52,588 nucleotides of DNA, filler included, from Circinaria calcarea (GCA_051942165.1; 2 parts of 2 records of this genome joined end to end with filler, not necessarily neighbours in it); one strand, 5' to 3'; counted from the whole stretch's first letter, positions 1-12,773 are shown. The notes: generated by a model not told the origin, from the sequence alone. Numbers and translations are program-made.

Positions 1-2128
1 TCGACGTTCAGACCCAAAGAGACGAGCTTGTGGATACGCTCGGCAAATCCGGCGGGCTCGTCAATGGTGAAACCGGAGACCAGCAGGGAAGTCTCGAAGA
101 GAAGCTGGGTGATGGACTTGACCGTACGGTCATTCTCCCCGTCGGCTTCGACCTTCTTCTTCAACTCCTTGATGATGGGAGACTTTGGGGAAATCTCAAA
201 GGTCTTCTTCGACGACATGTATGAGCTCATCGATGTGTCCCGAAGAGCCTGAGCCTTCATGATGCGCTCCATGTTGGCGGACCAACCGAATTGGCCAGTA
301 CGGATAGCACAAGGAGCACCGACAAGCTTGTGGCTGACAATGACCTTCTCAACCTTCTCACCCAAAACGTTCTTGAGAGCTTTGGCAAGACCCTCGTACT
401 CCTTCTCCTCTGCTTCGCGCTCTTTCTTTTCCTCCTCCGTCTCCTCAAGCTCAAAGTCCTTGGTAATGTCCACAAGCTTCTTGCCGTCGAACTCCTTGAG
501 CTGCGTCATTGCGTACTCATCGATAGGGTCGACCAAGAAGAGGACTTCAAAGTCCTTTTGCTTCAAGGAGTCGAGGAACGGTGACTTCTGGACGGCCTTG
601 AGAGATTCACCGGTGATGTAGTACATGTTCTTTTGATGCTCGGGCATACGGGTCACGTAGTCAGCAAGCGAAGTGGTCTCGTCACCGGACTTGGTAGAGT
701 TGAAACGAAGTAATTTGGCGAGTGCTTGACGGTTCTGCGAATCCTCATGGATGCCGAGCTTGATGTTCTTGCTGAAGGCAGAGTAGAATTTATCAAATTG
801 TTCGCGGTCTTCGGCAATCTCGTTGAACAGCTCAAGGGTCTTCTTCACAAGGTTCTTTTTGATGACCTTCATAATCTTGTTTTGCTGCAAGGTCTCACGT
901 GATAGGTTCAGGGGTAAATCTTCAGAGTCAACAACACCTTTAACGAAGCTGAGCCATTCGGGGATAAGGTCGGTAGCGTCATCGGTAATGAAGACACGAC
1001 GGACGTAGAGCTTGATATTGTTCTTCGTCTTCTTGGTCTCGAAAAGATCAAAGGGTGCACGCTTCGGAACGAACAGAATGGCGCGGAACTCAAGCTGACC
1101 CTCAACGGAGAAATGCTTGACTGCTAAATGATCTTCCCAATCACTAGATGTTTGTTAGCAACGACAACTTAATAATCTATAGAAACGTAAACGTACTTTG
1201 ACAGGGATTTGTAGAACGCGCCATACTCTTCAGCAGTGATATCGGAGGGATTTCGGGTCCAGATCGGCTTAGTCTTGTTGAGTTCTTCCTCCTCGACCTT
1301 GCTCTCTTTGACTTTTTTCGTCTTCTTTTTCTTCTCCTTTTCCTCTTCTTCGTCGTCGTCGACCTCCTCAATCTTCGCTTTCTTTTCGCCATCCTCTTCT
1401 GCCTCCTCCTCAGCATCCTCATCAGGGACATCTTTCTCAGTCTCTTTGACGACGTGGAGATAAATAGGGTAGGAAATGAACTCCGAGTGCTTCTTGACGA
1501 CTTCCTTAATCTTGCTCTCATTTAGGTAGTCGGTCTGCTCATCCTTCAAGTAAAGGATCATCTTCGTACCACGGCCGAGCGGCTCACCCTCCTCGTCTTG
1601 CGTCAAGGTGAAGGTACCACCAGCACTCGATTCCCAGATATACTGCTCGTCATCGTTGTGTTTTGATATGACTGTGACCTTGTCGGCAACAAGGTATGCT
1701 GAGTAGAAGCCGACACCGAATTGACCAATCATGGAGATATCGGCCCCAGCAGTGAGGGCCTCCATGAATTGTTTTGTACCGGAGCGAGCAATGGTACCCA
1801 GGTTATTGACGAGATCCTAAACTTCATCTCAACATATATACAGGCGCAAGTGATGGAATGCACTTACAGCTTTGGTCATACCAATACCAGTGTCACGGAT
1901 GGTGAGAGTCTTGTTTACTTTGTCAGGGATAATGTCAATACGTAGATCCTTGCCCGAGTCAAGCTTGCTTGGGTCCGAGAGAGCTTCATATCGAATCTTA
2001 TCGAGAGCATCCGACGAGTTCGAAATGAGTTCTCGCAGGAAGATCTCCTTGTTTGAGTAGACGGTGTTGATGATCAAGGACAACAGCTGAGAGATCTCAG
2101 CCTGAAATTCGAAGGTTTCGCCAGGCAT
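1..2128 (-). CDS. HSP90: Heat shock protein 90, 3' end outside window; exons 2128-1868, 1816-1197, 1143-<1
   Basis: [52 protein letters not shown], charged linker and KPIWTRNP are diagnostic. Removing GT-AG introns 1817-1867 and 1144-1196 restores MTKA/DLVNNLG and KSLSN/DWEDH. Confidence 0.99.
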
Positions 2129-2149
2129 GATGGTGTGCGGTATGAGAAT

Positions 2150-2296
2150 CTAGTAAATCGAGTCAGTGTGGAATCTCCAAGCAGATGTCCAATGCAGATT
2201 TAAGACGTAACAAGGTGCAAGCTTGCATTTGTTTGCAGCTCGACCAGGCTGAAGTCGCGCCCACGAAGGAATGAAGAGATGATTGATCACACTTAC
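2150..2296 (-). other. Putative 5'-UTR intron of HSP90
   Basis: On the minus strand: GTAAGT donor at 2296, CTGAC branch site near 2162-2166, and TAG acceptor at 2150, 21 nt before the ATG. Confidence 0.7.
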
Positions 2297-2416
2297 AAAT
2301 GGAGATGTTGGAGTGAGATACAAAAGTGAGCACGAGTGACCACCGTTGTCGTCAAGGTGAAGGGTGTACAGAGGATAAGTTGTGTTTGGGTATGAAGTTC
2401 TTCGAAGGGTCGAAAG

Positions 2417-2564
2417 TTTATATAGAGCTCTCGCGAGCAGAATAGTTTATCAAGGCGGCGCTAAGGGCGCTACGGTCACCCAAAGAAACGCATGGAAGCT
2501 TTCTGCTCGATTCCACCAATTTCCATGAGTGAATGAATTATGCCAAACACCTGTAATCACGTGA
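2417..2564 (-). promoter_or_regulatory. HSP90 promoter: TATA box, step-type heat shock element and E-box
   Basis: TATATAAA on the minus strand at 2417-2424; TTC-N7-TTC-N7-TTC at 2501-2523; palindromic TCACGTGA at 2557-2564. Confidence 0.6.
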
Positions 2565-2838
2565 ACTCAACCCGCTCCATCAGGATTATTACACAGTATA
2601 CCAAGTACACGCTGCGATGGATGGGAATGGTGGCGCAGGATTGTTCTCGAAGAAGATAAGCATAGGAGTGACCCAGTTCACTACATAGTCGAAACTGATG
2701 TCGAAAAAGGCCTGGCTGGATCAATGCTCCCACCGCACATTCACCCATGGTATTAGGCATTCCCTCATCTTGACGCCAGCATAATGCCCCAGTCGCCTCT
2801 CACCCTGTCACCATTATCCATAGTCGGCGTAAGATCAC

Positions 2839-5150
2839 TCAATTCCCCCCAAACCAGCCACTTGTCCAACCACCCAGCCCATCGCCAACTCCCAAACCCC
2901 AGCTCCTGGCGATCCATACTGCAACAGCTCCAAGAACACCAAAGCTTCCAACCAATTGAAACGCCATCCATCCACGTTGCTTCATCGTCTCATTCCACCT
3001 GATGATTCCAAGGGGGTCCACCGGGTTGGCCAATCGACGGTACGGCATGCTCGCAATGCTACAGTCTCTCAAGGACACCATGGCGTTTTCGGGTACGGAA
3101 TTCTGCCCTATGGTTCTGTGAGACAGAATCATGGCTTCGTCCTGCGTATAGTGGTTAAGTTTCTCGGTGAGCCAGACCACTTGCTCGCCGCGAGCAAGAG
3201 CTTCATATCGTGCACGCTCATTCCGCAAGCTTCTCTGAAGGTCACCAGCCCAATTAGCAAGGTGGAATTCGGCTAGTTTCTCCTCCCGGTAGATGTGGTC
3301 AGCAACTTTAGCCTGAAGATATGATGATGGACTGTGCGGATGAGAAACTAGAATCCCAGACGCAGTTGACAAGGACGATACCATCGATGAAGAGGTGGAT
3401 GGTGATGTAAGTATACGGCTTAGATGGGGTGGTACAGATCCTCGCAAGGAGACCGTTCTTGGTATACCATGCTTTGTTTCCCGCCATTGCACAATCTTCT
3501 TTGCAGCGGCATACCTTAACCAGGACATGTTTTCCTTGTTAAAGACGTGCTCCATGAATGTGACCAGCTCGGACGATACGAGTGGCCGGACGTATTCTGG
3601 CGACATTAGCAGGCTAGCGTCCATGTTATCCTCGTCATTTGAAGGAGCCGAGCAAACAGTGTATGGCCAATGTAGAGCCGCATCACCGGAGGGAAAGGTG
3701 AAAGGCTTCAGTCCTTCGTTGCATGTACTGTCCAATATTGAGGATTTGAGTGCTTGAACGTCAGAATTTGATAAGGTGTCAGACTTCGCAATGAGTGGAA
3801 TAACATTGATGACTCGGGATAGTCGTTTCATGAACTTGATGTCTGATGGATTTAGATCTGGTGGACCAGCTGTCAGCACAGGCAGATCTGCCAAAGAAGA
3901 CGATCGCTCACGTCGCGTAATGAGATAGAAAACTACGTCCACTTGAAAGCCACCTTTTCCCCCAAGTATACTAAGAAGATCTCCATCACTCATATTGCCT
4001 AGGGAAGTAGTCTTTGCCATTTGTGTTTCGATGTACTCCATCACAGATTCAATGGTATCTGATACAGAAGTACCGTGGCGATACCCGGGCGTATCGACAA
4101 AACATAAGTTCCTTTCCAGAACAATATCACCCGAGCTCTTTCTTCTTCGTAGAATCTTACTCTCGTCCAACTCTGACCACCACGAAGGATATGCCTTGGT
4201 ACTTGCGTACACTTCAGTGATGTGTTTTGTAGAGCCAGAGTAGACTTGATCTTTCTTCTCCTTCGATTGTGTCGAGGGCAAGGGGCGAAGAGATGAGGTA
4301 GTGGATGTTAAGGGGTCAACGTGCACAATGTCTTCGCAAATCTGGACTATTGATTTGATGAGTGATGTCTTTCCGACACCTGTTTGATAATCAGCGGGCA
4401 GATACCAGGAAGCAACACAGCCTTAATCATACCAGAACCTCCGGCAAGCAGTATCTTTAGCCTACCCATATCTCTACCCCGTTCAGTAAAAGGCCTGCGA
4501 CTCGGCATTCTGATACTTGGCATAATCAATTGTGGAGCAGTTTCTTGAGTAACTGACGGACCGTCAATATCTTCGTCACCGCTCGAGGTGACTGCCTGGC
4601 TGCTACCATCACCCATGGATTCTTCATCTGAATGGCGCAAGGATCTGGTCGAGGTAGACTTAGGGCTACCGGGCAATGATAACCCGTGCGTCAGTGAGGC
4701 AATTGAAACGGGTGTCGAGGGTTGAGAGACGCCAGACGGGCTCTGACGGTGTCGTCGTGAACGAGGAGGTGATGAGCTTGCGCTACTGATGGCGGAAGCT
4801 TCCTCTAAGCTATCTAAAGACGCATCTCGATGGCAGCGAGATTTGTCCTTGATAGTAGAGCGCCGCCTCCTCTCCGTCCCATGTTCGATGGGAGATTTGT
4901 CCTCCTCTTCATCGTCAGCTTGGGGGCCAATCCGCTCGATAGTTTCCTCTAAGCTCTGAACGCCAAAGTTACTGTCACTGCTTGCGCGAGATGATATCAC
5001 TTCTGGTCCTTCCAGCATGCTTTCGCTAGCGATGAAGAAGCTTGTTGGTGCGCCATGTCCCAGGGATGCTGTAGGTGTGGTACCCTCTGAGGTCGCAAAG
5101 CTAGCCTTACGAGAGCGTGTCGAGGGGTCGCCGCCCGCTGGGGGGCGCAT
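2839..5150 (-). CDS. Septin-like P-loop GTPase with Ser-rich N-terminus and C-terminal hydrophobic tail; exons 5150-4433, 4379-3912, 3857-2839
   Basis: Removing intron 4380-4432 creates G1 GGSGVGKT. G3 DTPG and septin-type G4 IPLIAKSD are present. A second in-frame intron lies at 3858-3911 (GTGAGC..CTGAC..CAG). C-terminal WMAFQLVGSFGVLGAVAVWIA is hydrophobic. Confidence 0.85.
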
Positions 5151-6235
5151 CGCCGCTGGTAAGCAATATGTATATATGTCCTGAACAAGTAGCCAGGGTG
5201 TCGTTCTGTGGCCTCCTGATCTGAGCTTTGGGCATTTGTAGGTCGGTATTGGATGACGCAGTGACGCCTCTCCTCAAGGTGGGGTCAGGAGGCGGACATC
5301 GTCGATATCGCCGAGTCGGAAGTCCAGTCTCCTTGTAAGCGTCCGCCTGCCCTCTGTCGAGGAGATGGATATTAGGTAGACATCGATAACCCTAAGGCTT
5401 CGTTTATCCACGATGGAGGGTGTGTGTAACATAAAACACCCGAGCTAAGGCAGAGCGTCGTCTTCCTGCATGGCCTTGGCATTCCAACCAGTCGTCTACT
5501 GGAGGACTGCACGTGATGGGACGAACATGGCCAAGTACCTTTTAGGGAATTACTTTGCGGCATATCGTGGTTTTGTAACGGCAGCATCAAGGTTTGATGG
5601 GAGGCGATGGACCGCATTTGGTATAGGATGGGCCCTTACAGACCATTGCGATAAAATGGAGTTAATTTGTTTAAATCTGGCTGTCTCTTTGAATATGATA
5701 CATGTAGGGCATAACGCAAAGGAGCAACTAAGTATATGTACCTGCAGCAAGATTCCATCAACCCGCCAACCTGGAGAGCCACTGAGCTCGTTGATTTCTC
5801 ACCGCATTAGTAGCGAGCGGAAAACATTGAAAGACAAGATGCTCGAGCATCCCCTAGATGAAGGGAAGGGCGCCCCCCCGCATCGAACGTTGATCTGCTC
5901 TGCAGCCCGATCCTGATCTGAGCAATCACACTAGCGATGGAGATTAGGTTCATAACATAAGGCATGGCGATCGTGAATGCAGCAATTGGCAATTTGCCAC
6001 AGCAGTCGCTATGCTAGATTCGGAAGATAGGAGCAAAAGACTAGAGTATATGCCAGACCGTCTGAACTTTTCCACTGGCCGTATCACGGCCGCAACGAAT
6101 CAGACCAAAACAGATACACAGAAGAGTGTGGCGATCGCAGCGCAGACCTAAGGGGTGTGGAAGGTAGAGAGCATGATTGAGAGAGTGACGGACGTGGTGC
6201 CGGCTCCAAAGTGGGTAGCAGTCCTTAAACTCCGA

Positions 6236-8122
6236 TTACGCGGCTTGCGGTTGACCGCGACCTCTTGGTGTAAGATTACCTCCTCTTCCGCGGGGAACAT
6301 ATCCACCACGACCACCGTCCTTTGGATAGCCGCCACGACCTTGACTGCCGGGACGACCGCCATCCGGAGCACCACGGCCGCCACGCATCCCACCTCTGCC
6401 ACCAAAGCCCCCACCATATGCGTTGGGGCGGGGTCGACGTTCTTCGACAAAAATCTGCTCACCCCCGATCACGTGGGGATTAGCAGCAACGGCAGCATTG
6501 TAACCCGCAGCGTCAGAAAACTCAACAAACGCGCAGTTCTGTTCAAAGTATTAATATATCTCTTGCAGGATCAGGGGTGCAAATATACCTTTTGTCGGCT
6601 GACGTCGAAATATGCAAGTTTACCATAAGAAAGCAATGTAGACTTTAGCAAAGACGCGTCCACCCTTTCAGTCACGTTCTTCACATAGCCGAGTACGTTC
6701 TCCTTATCACCAACGCCCGAAAGTGACTGTTGACGGCTTTGTCTCTTTGCGTTGTCTTGTCCAGCAGTCTGCCATCCCGCACCTGGGCTTTGCGGTGGCT
6801 GAATAGGTGCATCATCACTCGGAGGACTAGGTGGAGGACCGTGAGAAGAGGCAGCAGCAGCAGCTGGAGGTGCGGCTTTAGGTTGAGAAGGAGCAGGAGA
6901 AGGCGTCGACGTAGAGCTGGGTACTGCTGGTGTCGCAGTCTTTGCGGCTACCAAGTTTGCCCACGTTTTGGGTGCAGCTGGCTTGGGTGGTGCCGCAGGG
7001 GTTGACGCTTGGGCTGGAGTAGCCTTGGTTGGCTTGGGAGGAGAGGCTACAGGGGTCGGTTCAGGGTCCTTGGGTTCCTCTGGTTCTTCAACGGTAGCAG
7101 CCGATTCTGCTTCGGCCTCTTTTACGTCACTCGTTTCCTGGGTGAGTTCCATTGGAGTAGGAGGTCTGTCCTCAACCGGTTGCGGCTCATCTGCTTCGGG
7201 AACGTTAGCCCCGTTAGTGGTGGCCGGTTCGGAAGGGATGTCTTCGGTCGCAACCTCGGGAAGCTGCTCTTCCAGCTTTTTGTCGACTTGCTGAGCATCC
7301 TGCTCTTGCATGACCACGTCGTCAGAGCTCGTTAGTGTCTTGGTCTCGGTCTCGGTCTCAGGCGCAGGCGCAGGCATGCTCGCAGATTCAGTATCAGGGG
7401 CTACCTCGTTCTCAACCTCTTCCTCCTCATCCTCGCTGATATATCGGAAGATGTCATTCAGTACAAAGTATCCATTTGGTTGCTCGGCTAGCACGAAAGT
7501 TTGGACAAATTTCCGATGGGGTGCTGCTTTGTTCGACATTTCGCCAATAACTTGAACAACGATGTTTTTGAAAGACTCCTGCGAGTCAACATTGGATACG
7601 CGAACCTTGCAATCCTGGATATCAAGCTCCTTGATTCGTTCATTGATAGCCTAGACATGATTAGTCTCAACTCAACTTGTGTTGACTAGACGTTGCTTAC
7701 ACGTTGGCCGACAGAGACGGACACTTTTTCGGCTTCAACGCCTGATACGAATTGGGATCTTTTGGCGTAGAAGAGCTGTGCGTATATTAGCCTCTTATAT
7801 CACTTTCCTTGCCGACAACTTGACCGCGAATGAAAATGTCACTTACATGTAGCTTATCCGGGCTTCTACTCAAAGTGGTATAGTACTGTTCGACGAAGTA
7901 CCAGCCAACTTCGTCTTTTGGGACATTGCTGCTGCCCTCGGCAGCACCAGATGAGTTGTTGTCTGCTGAAGCCACGGCCCCATTGGTAGGACCGGATCCA
8001 TTGGTGCCAGCAGCGGTTGCGTTGTTGGCATTATGCGAAGACGGCTGTGCTTCACTGGTGCCAAAGGACTGCTGGGGTCCGTAGTTGCCATTGACAGGCA
8101 TGGAAGCTGCATCGGCGGCCAT
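6236..8122 (-). CDS. nxt3: NTF2-RRM-RGG protein (G3BP/Bre5/Nxt3-like; stress granule / Ubp3 cofactor family); exons 8122-7847, 7775-7701, 7650-6589, 6538-6236
   Basis: NTF2 motifs EVGWYFVEQYYTTLSRSPDKLHLFY and KFVQTFVLAEQPNGYFVLNDIFRY; KTWANLVA; RRM NCAFVEF...IFVEERR; RGG tail. All three introns are canonical. Confidence 0.93.
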
Positions 8123-8232
8123 AGTTTGATTAATTAGTCAAGCGCGTCTGTGGTCGTGTAGTGAAGAGGAACAGAAGTTCGGAGGGACGCAAGGCAATGC
8201 CGCAATATTATACAAGTAGCTGAGTTTGAAAC

Positions 8233-8306
8233 CTGGAGAAAGGCATCGCATTAGCTCGATGCTGAAGGATGAAAGATATCTCCTCCGAGGTGCAGATGCA
8301 GCTTAC
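8233..8306 (-). other. Putative 5'-UTR intron of the NTF2-RRM gene
   Basis: GTAAGC donor at 8306, CTAAT branch near 8250-8254, CAG acceptor at 8233. A TATATAAA lies upstream at 8520-8527 on the minus strand. Confidence 0.55.
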
Positions 8307-8370
8307 ACCCAACGAATCCGCTATACCGAGATCTCCTTAACAGAGCCGAATGCCGTGTGATGCGGGACGG

Positions 8371-8386
8371 GTAAGTAAGTAAGTAA
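8371..8386. repeat. (GTAA)4 microsatellite
   Basis: gtaagtaagtaagtaa read directly from the sequence. Confidence 0.85.
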
Positions 8387-9312
8387 ATGACTTTGACTTC
8401 GAACTGCGGCTCTGAACTGGATTGTAGGCTCGTGTCGAAAGAAGACAAGTGACGTGCGGGGGAAGAAAAACGCTGAGGGTGGGTGGAGTGTTGGCGTAAA
8501 CAAGGCGTCGATAGAAGGATTTATATATGGACTGAATGAACAATGGTATTAAAGTGGGTATCACAGGATTATGGTGATGGGAAGCGTTAGGTAAAGCTTT
8601 TGTTTTTGTGGGGAGGAGTCGAAGAGGATCGGGCACAGAACCTCAAATAAATTTTTGGAGAAAATCCGGCAGGAAAATCGGTTCCGGGAGCACCATACGG
8701 TAAGGTCACTTGATATCATCTGTGCATGCACGGAATTGTGATTTCACCCCAGCGGAATGGTACGTGAAATCCAACATCTTTACAAACCACTTCTGGCTGA
8801 TAAGAGTCTCAGTTACGCTTCGTAGCGCTGACCGATTGGAGACCGGGAAGGAGCAATTACTCTGGTGGAGGATGGGTCGGATAAGGTGTCTATTAGTAGT
8901 GGTCTCCATCTCTATGGCTTTGGTCTACGCACAGTCTCTGTCGTCATGTTTCAGATTAAATGTATTAATACAAGATCAGAGGCCTTGTCGTGTAGACTTG
9001 AAACGACCATCGAGCTTCTTGGTATCAAACCTCACTAGACTGTATCAACAAGAAATGAGAAGGAAGAATGGAGACTAGACCGCAATGCAAGAGCCGTCGA
9101 CAGTTGAAGTGTACACAGAGAATAGCCAAGCAGTTAAAAGGGTATCGCAGTGTACATGAAGCCACACTTCGGCAGGCAAGCAGGTCGACCAAAACGTAAT
9201 CCACGCGCCCATGCTCTCCCAAAAGAATCCAAGCAACTGTATACCAAACCAAAGGGAGCTGCTCTCGACTTGTTATTGACAAGACCAATTATCTCCCCGA
9301 CGCTCGCTCCCA

Positions 9313-9786
9313 TTACGCAACGCTATTTACCCTATCCAAAGCCGGCTTCTCGCTCAATACCCTCGGCCGTAAAATGGCATCTTGCGATGTCATTCTCCTG
9401 TCCAACGCTCTCTCGACCTTCGCGCCTAGGGCCAGCTTACTCAAGTTATCACTCTTTTCTGCAGAAGGTTGGTATCGTTGCTGCTGCAAGCGTTTGCTAT
9501 CCAGACGTTCCAAGCCCTGCGCCCATTCCTTAATCTCCTGTAGGCGGGGGTCACTACTCGTGGCTGATGAGTTGATGGTGTTTACGGTTGCTGCTATAGA
9601 TGATACTCCGCTGTAGGTAGAAAAGCGTTTCGATGTGCGCTGCGAGATGAGCTGCGGGACAGTAGAGTTAGTCAGGGGCGCGTGAGGAAGAAGGAAACAT
9701 ATAGCATGGTAAAGGGTGAAAAGGAAGCCAGCATCGAAGAAAGAAGGAAGAGATTGTCCGGCGTGCGCACTTACAGAGGGAGCCAT
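9313..9786 (-). CDS. Small uncharacterised fungal protein (~116 aa); exons 9786-9775 and 9651-9313 (alternative in-frame ATG at 9819)
   Basis: ATG GCT CCC TCT|GTAAGT...CTAAC...CAG defines a 123-nt intron. The helical C-terminal part (LERLDSKRLQQQRY...LSKLALGAKVERALDRRMTSQDA) looks like a real protein and resembles conserved fungal hypothetical proteins. Confidence 0.75.
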   Translation of the reverse strand: MAPSVSAHAGQSLPSFFDAGFLFTLYHAICFLLPHAPLTNSTVPQLISQRTSKRFSTYSGVSSIAATVNTINSSATSSDPRLQEIKEWAQGLERLDSKRLQQQRYQPSAEKSDNLSKLALGAKVERALDRRMTSQDAILRPRVLSEKPALDRVNSVA

Positions 9787-11018
9787 GATCGGTCGCGATG
9801 ATTCCAACGATCGAACCATAGTTGCGAGAGACTCGGGCGATGGCAACGAGCGCGATTGTGGAGTCAGTCCAAGACCCTTTGTGGATTGATAATTCAACGT
9901 GCGTGACGAACGCCTCACTGTCGAGTAGAGGACTAGGATTGGCCTCGAGGGTAGTGCCCCTGATCGTCGACGGACTTGCGGTCTTGACGTAGGAGGGTGA
10001 GGGTGAGGGTCGTCAAGGAATCTGAGTCGGTAACGATCAGTTCAGTAGTATGCTGGTAGCGTAGAGTAGAAATTAAATTGCATCAACGATGGTCTGTGGG
10101 ACGGAATGCGGGAATGGAATGCCGTCGTACTCGGTGCCTGGGAGAAGTCCGCCTTGCCAGATAAGTGGAAAGCCTTTTCTTGTGTATAGTCGAGAGTTTC
10201 CAGCAGAATGGTCAACAGTCGGAAGTATCGTAGATTAGTCGGTGTACAAGTAATACTGCCAATGAAGGAGACCCTCCCTCCACCATCAGCCCAACTCCTC
10301 AGTACAACAGTTTCAGTTTGAGCCTACCGCATCCACGTGTAATAGTGGTCCCCACCACGAGTTGACAGGGAATCCAGATTAAGCTTTTATTTCTCGTGTC
10401 CAATCCGATTGTCAAGCTCGCACGCCTCTTCGTTTGGGAAAAGTCCGCTAGACCTGGCCGGACCCATATGGTAGCGTAAAGGCTTTGTAATACCTCCGTA
10501 CGGTGTGCAACCCTCAAGCATCATCTCCCACAATCCTCTACCGATGGAGACATGATACAAGCATAGCATGTGAATCTTTGGACTCGTCTCAAGTGCTTTA
10601 TCTCAACTGCCCATACAAACGTATCGACTGAACAATTCCTACGGATACCTGCCTCGATCCACTCGTTTGTACACCGGCAGCGCGATACATTGACCGCAGG
10701 AACCCTGAGCATTCGATTAGTGCAGCCAAGAGGGAATCCTCCATCTGCACGCTACCACTTGAAACCGTGACTATCGAGGACCACGCACCCCACCTTCAAG
10801 GACAGGAATTGTAATGGCTCCCGTGGCTTGACCACATATCCGGATTAGGATTGTTGGAAATCACAACGTCACAAGTGCTGCTGGTTTATGTGCTTTTACC
10901 GGGATTCAAATATCTACGCCGTCGTTGCCCATCGCACACTCGTGGTGTCACTGCAAGAGGGAGGAAATTCCTTCCATGCATTAGCTATTCGAAGCCCAAG
11001 AGGCCGATTACAGGGAAG

Positions 11019-12773
11019 ATGCCGAAGAAAAAACAGTTCCTCAAAGTCAACAGGAAAAAAAGCGCTCACACTCCAACGGTGGGTGACTCGTCCCGGGTCA
11101 TTCTATTGACACACGCCAAGTTGGTCTGACAGTTCTCCAGGAACCGCAATCGGCAGAGGAGTTCCTCGTAGGTAAATGTTCCCGAGGTAGCGCCAATACT
11201 CGAGGCGTGTTCACGGCTAATCACCGAGTAGCTGGGGTAGACCTCGAGGAGGCCGGGGAAAAGTGGCGAGGAGGGGATGCGGAAAAGGCGACACGCTTTT
11301 TCGTACGTGCGACGGAAACCTACGAAGCTGGTTTGCAAAGGTTTCCGCAATCCTTTGACCTCGCGTATAACAAGTAACAGGGAGTGGCCTCTCTCTCGAT
11401 CTTGCATTTCTAATCGTTTCCAGGGCACGGATCCAATACGACCTCACTCAGCAGCCAAGATTATTACAACAGCTCCCCGCATCCCTAATCGAGTTGTTGC
11501 AGCTAGCACTCCAGTCCCATCGATATGCCTTGAATCTAGGACCGGAGAATGCTGACGTGAACTTGTAAGGGAACGATCTGCTCAGCCGTGCCGTCTGCGG
11601 CCTCGGCGGCATCGTTTATTCAGGACATTTTGTGTAGACTAATATCTTACTAGTAACACTGCACAGGTGCTGACGAGTGTAGCCGAGTTTATAAGCGAAG
11701 GTAGTGCATCGTATGCGAACAAGCATGAAAGCCTCCAACTGCTCCAAGAAGCCCTGGAGCTGTTTCAACGCTGTCTAGAGCTGCAACTGACTCAGTTTAC
11801 CCAAGCCGAAGATGAAGCGCGTGTGATGACAACAACAGTGACAGAGGATCAAGGACTGCCCCTGTCAGCCGGCAACTCAACATCTAACATCGCCGGGCAG
11901 GAGCAATGGGCATCTATTGTGGAGCCTATTACGAAAAGTAACTTACTTGATACGGTTATAGCTCAAATTCACACCTTGACAGATATGTGCGGTCTCATGG
12001 CCAACGAGAATAATAATGGAGGGCTCCCGTGGATTGAGGAACGGTCTCGAGACATACTACAAAATAAACTCGCAGAATATGCAACCGCGAGTGGTAGGAC
12101 GACCGAAGCATCTATGGCGAGAGCCAACTTTATATGTGCTTATGTCGATGCAAGTTTTCGAGTCGGAGGTATTGACCTATCCACGTATGAACAAGAAGTG
12201 GACAACGCCTTTAGCATGTCCGACCTTGTCAATTCCGCTCGGGGTCTATGTGACCGGGCCGATGCTCTGCTGGCCTTGTGTTCCAGTGTACGTGCTACCG
12301 TGGCGTATGCCGAACTGCAAGAGGTGGATGCTAATCGACTGAATATAATTCAATGGAAAGCTCTCTCCCGAGCATTGTCTGATTTGAAGGCCGCATCAAC
12401 CTTACCGGATGCGCAGAATTTGTCGCTAATACACATGAGACGGGGTGATTGTGAGCTCTTAAGATATCGTCTAGGGGAGGTTCCTATATCGTATGAGCCC
12501 GCCCGGTCCAATGCAGCAATGCTGTTGAGAAACGCCGAGGTCTATTACCGTGGCGCTGCTGGTGCAGCCTTAGCAGATAGGTCTCAAAGTGCAGAATTCG
12601 AAGCACGATTGAAAGGGTCTGCCGTATCTATGTTAGGGGCAAACTCGGAGGAGCTCTCCGCAATGGTCAATAATGACAACGAGGAGGCACTACTGGTGAT
12701 GGAAGAGATGAGAGACGAGGGTCTAATTGCAGATCAGTTCTTTCAAACTGTCAGAAAGGGAGCCTCGAAGTAG
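11019..12773 (+). CDS. TPR-like helical protein (resembles fungal UPF0656 family), 497 aa; exons 11019-11078, 11141-11171, 11232-11373, 11424-11564, 11654-12773
   Basis: Four GT-AG introns join into a 1,494-nt frame: MPKKKQFLK...GVDLEEAGEKWRGGDAEKATRFF...FPQSFDLAYNKARIQY...NADVNFNTAQVLTSVAE. The family name is from recall, not a search. Confidence 0.8.

Noticed and set aside
28..1463. Plus-strand ORFs opposite HSP90
   Set aside because: They are antisense shadows of a codon-biased gene and have no independent protein features.
5470..5916. 148-aa plus-strand ORF between the GTPase and the NTF2-RRM gene
   Set aside because: No recognisable motif or splice support, and it probably overlaps the 3' UTR/promoter of its neighbours. 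An orphan gene cannot be fully excluded.
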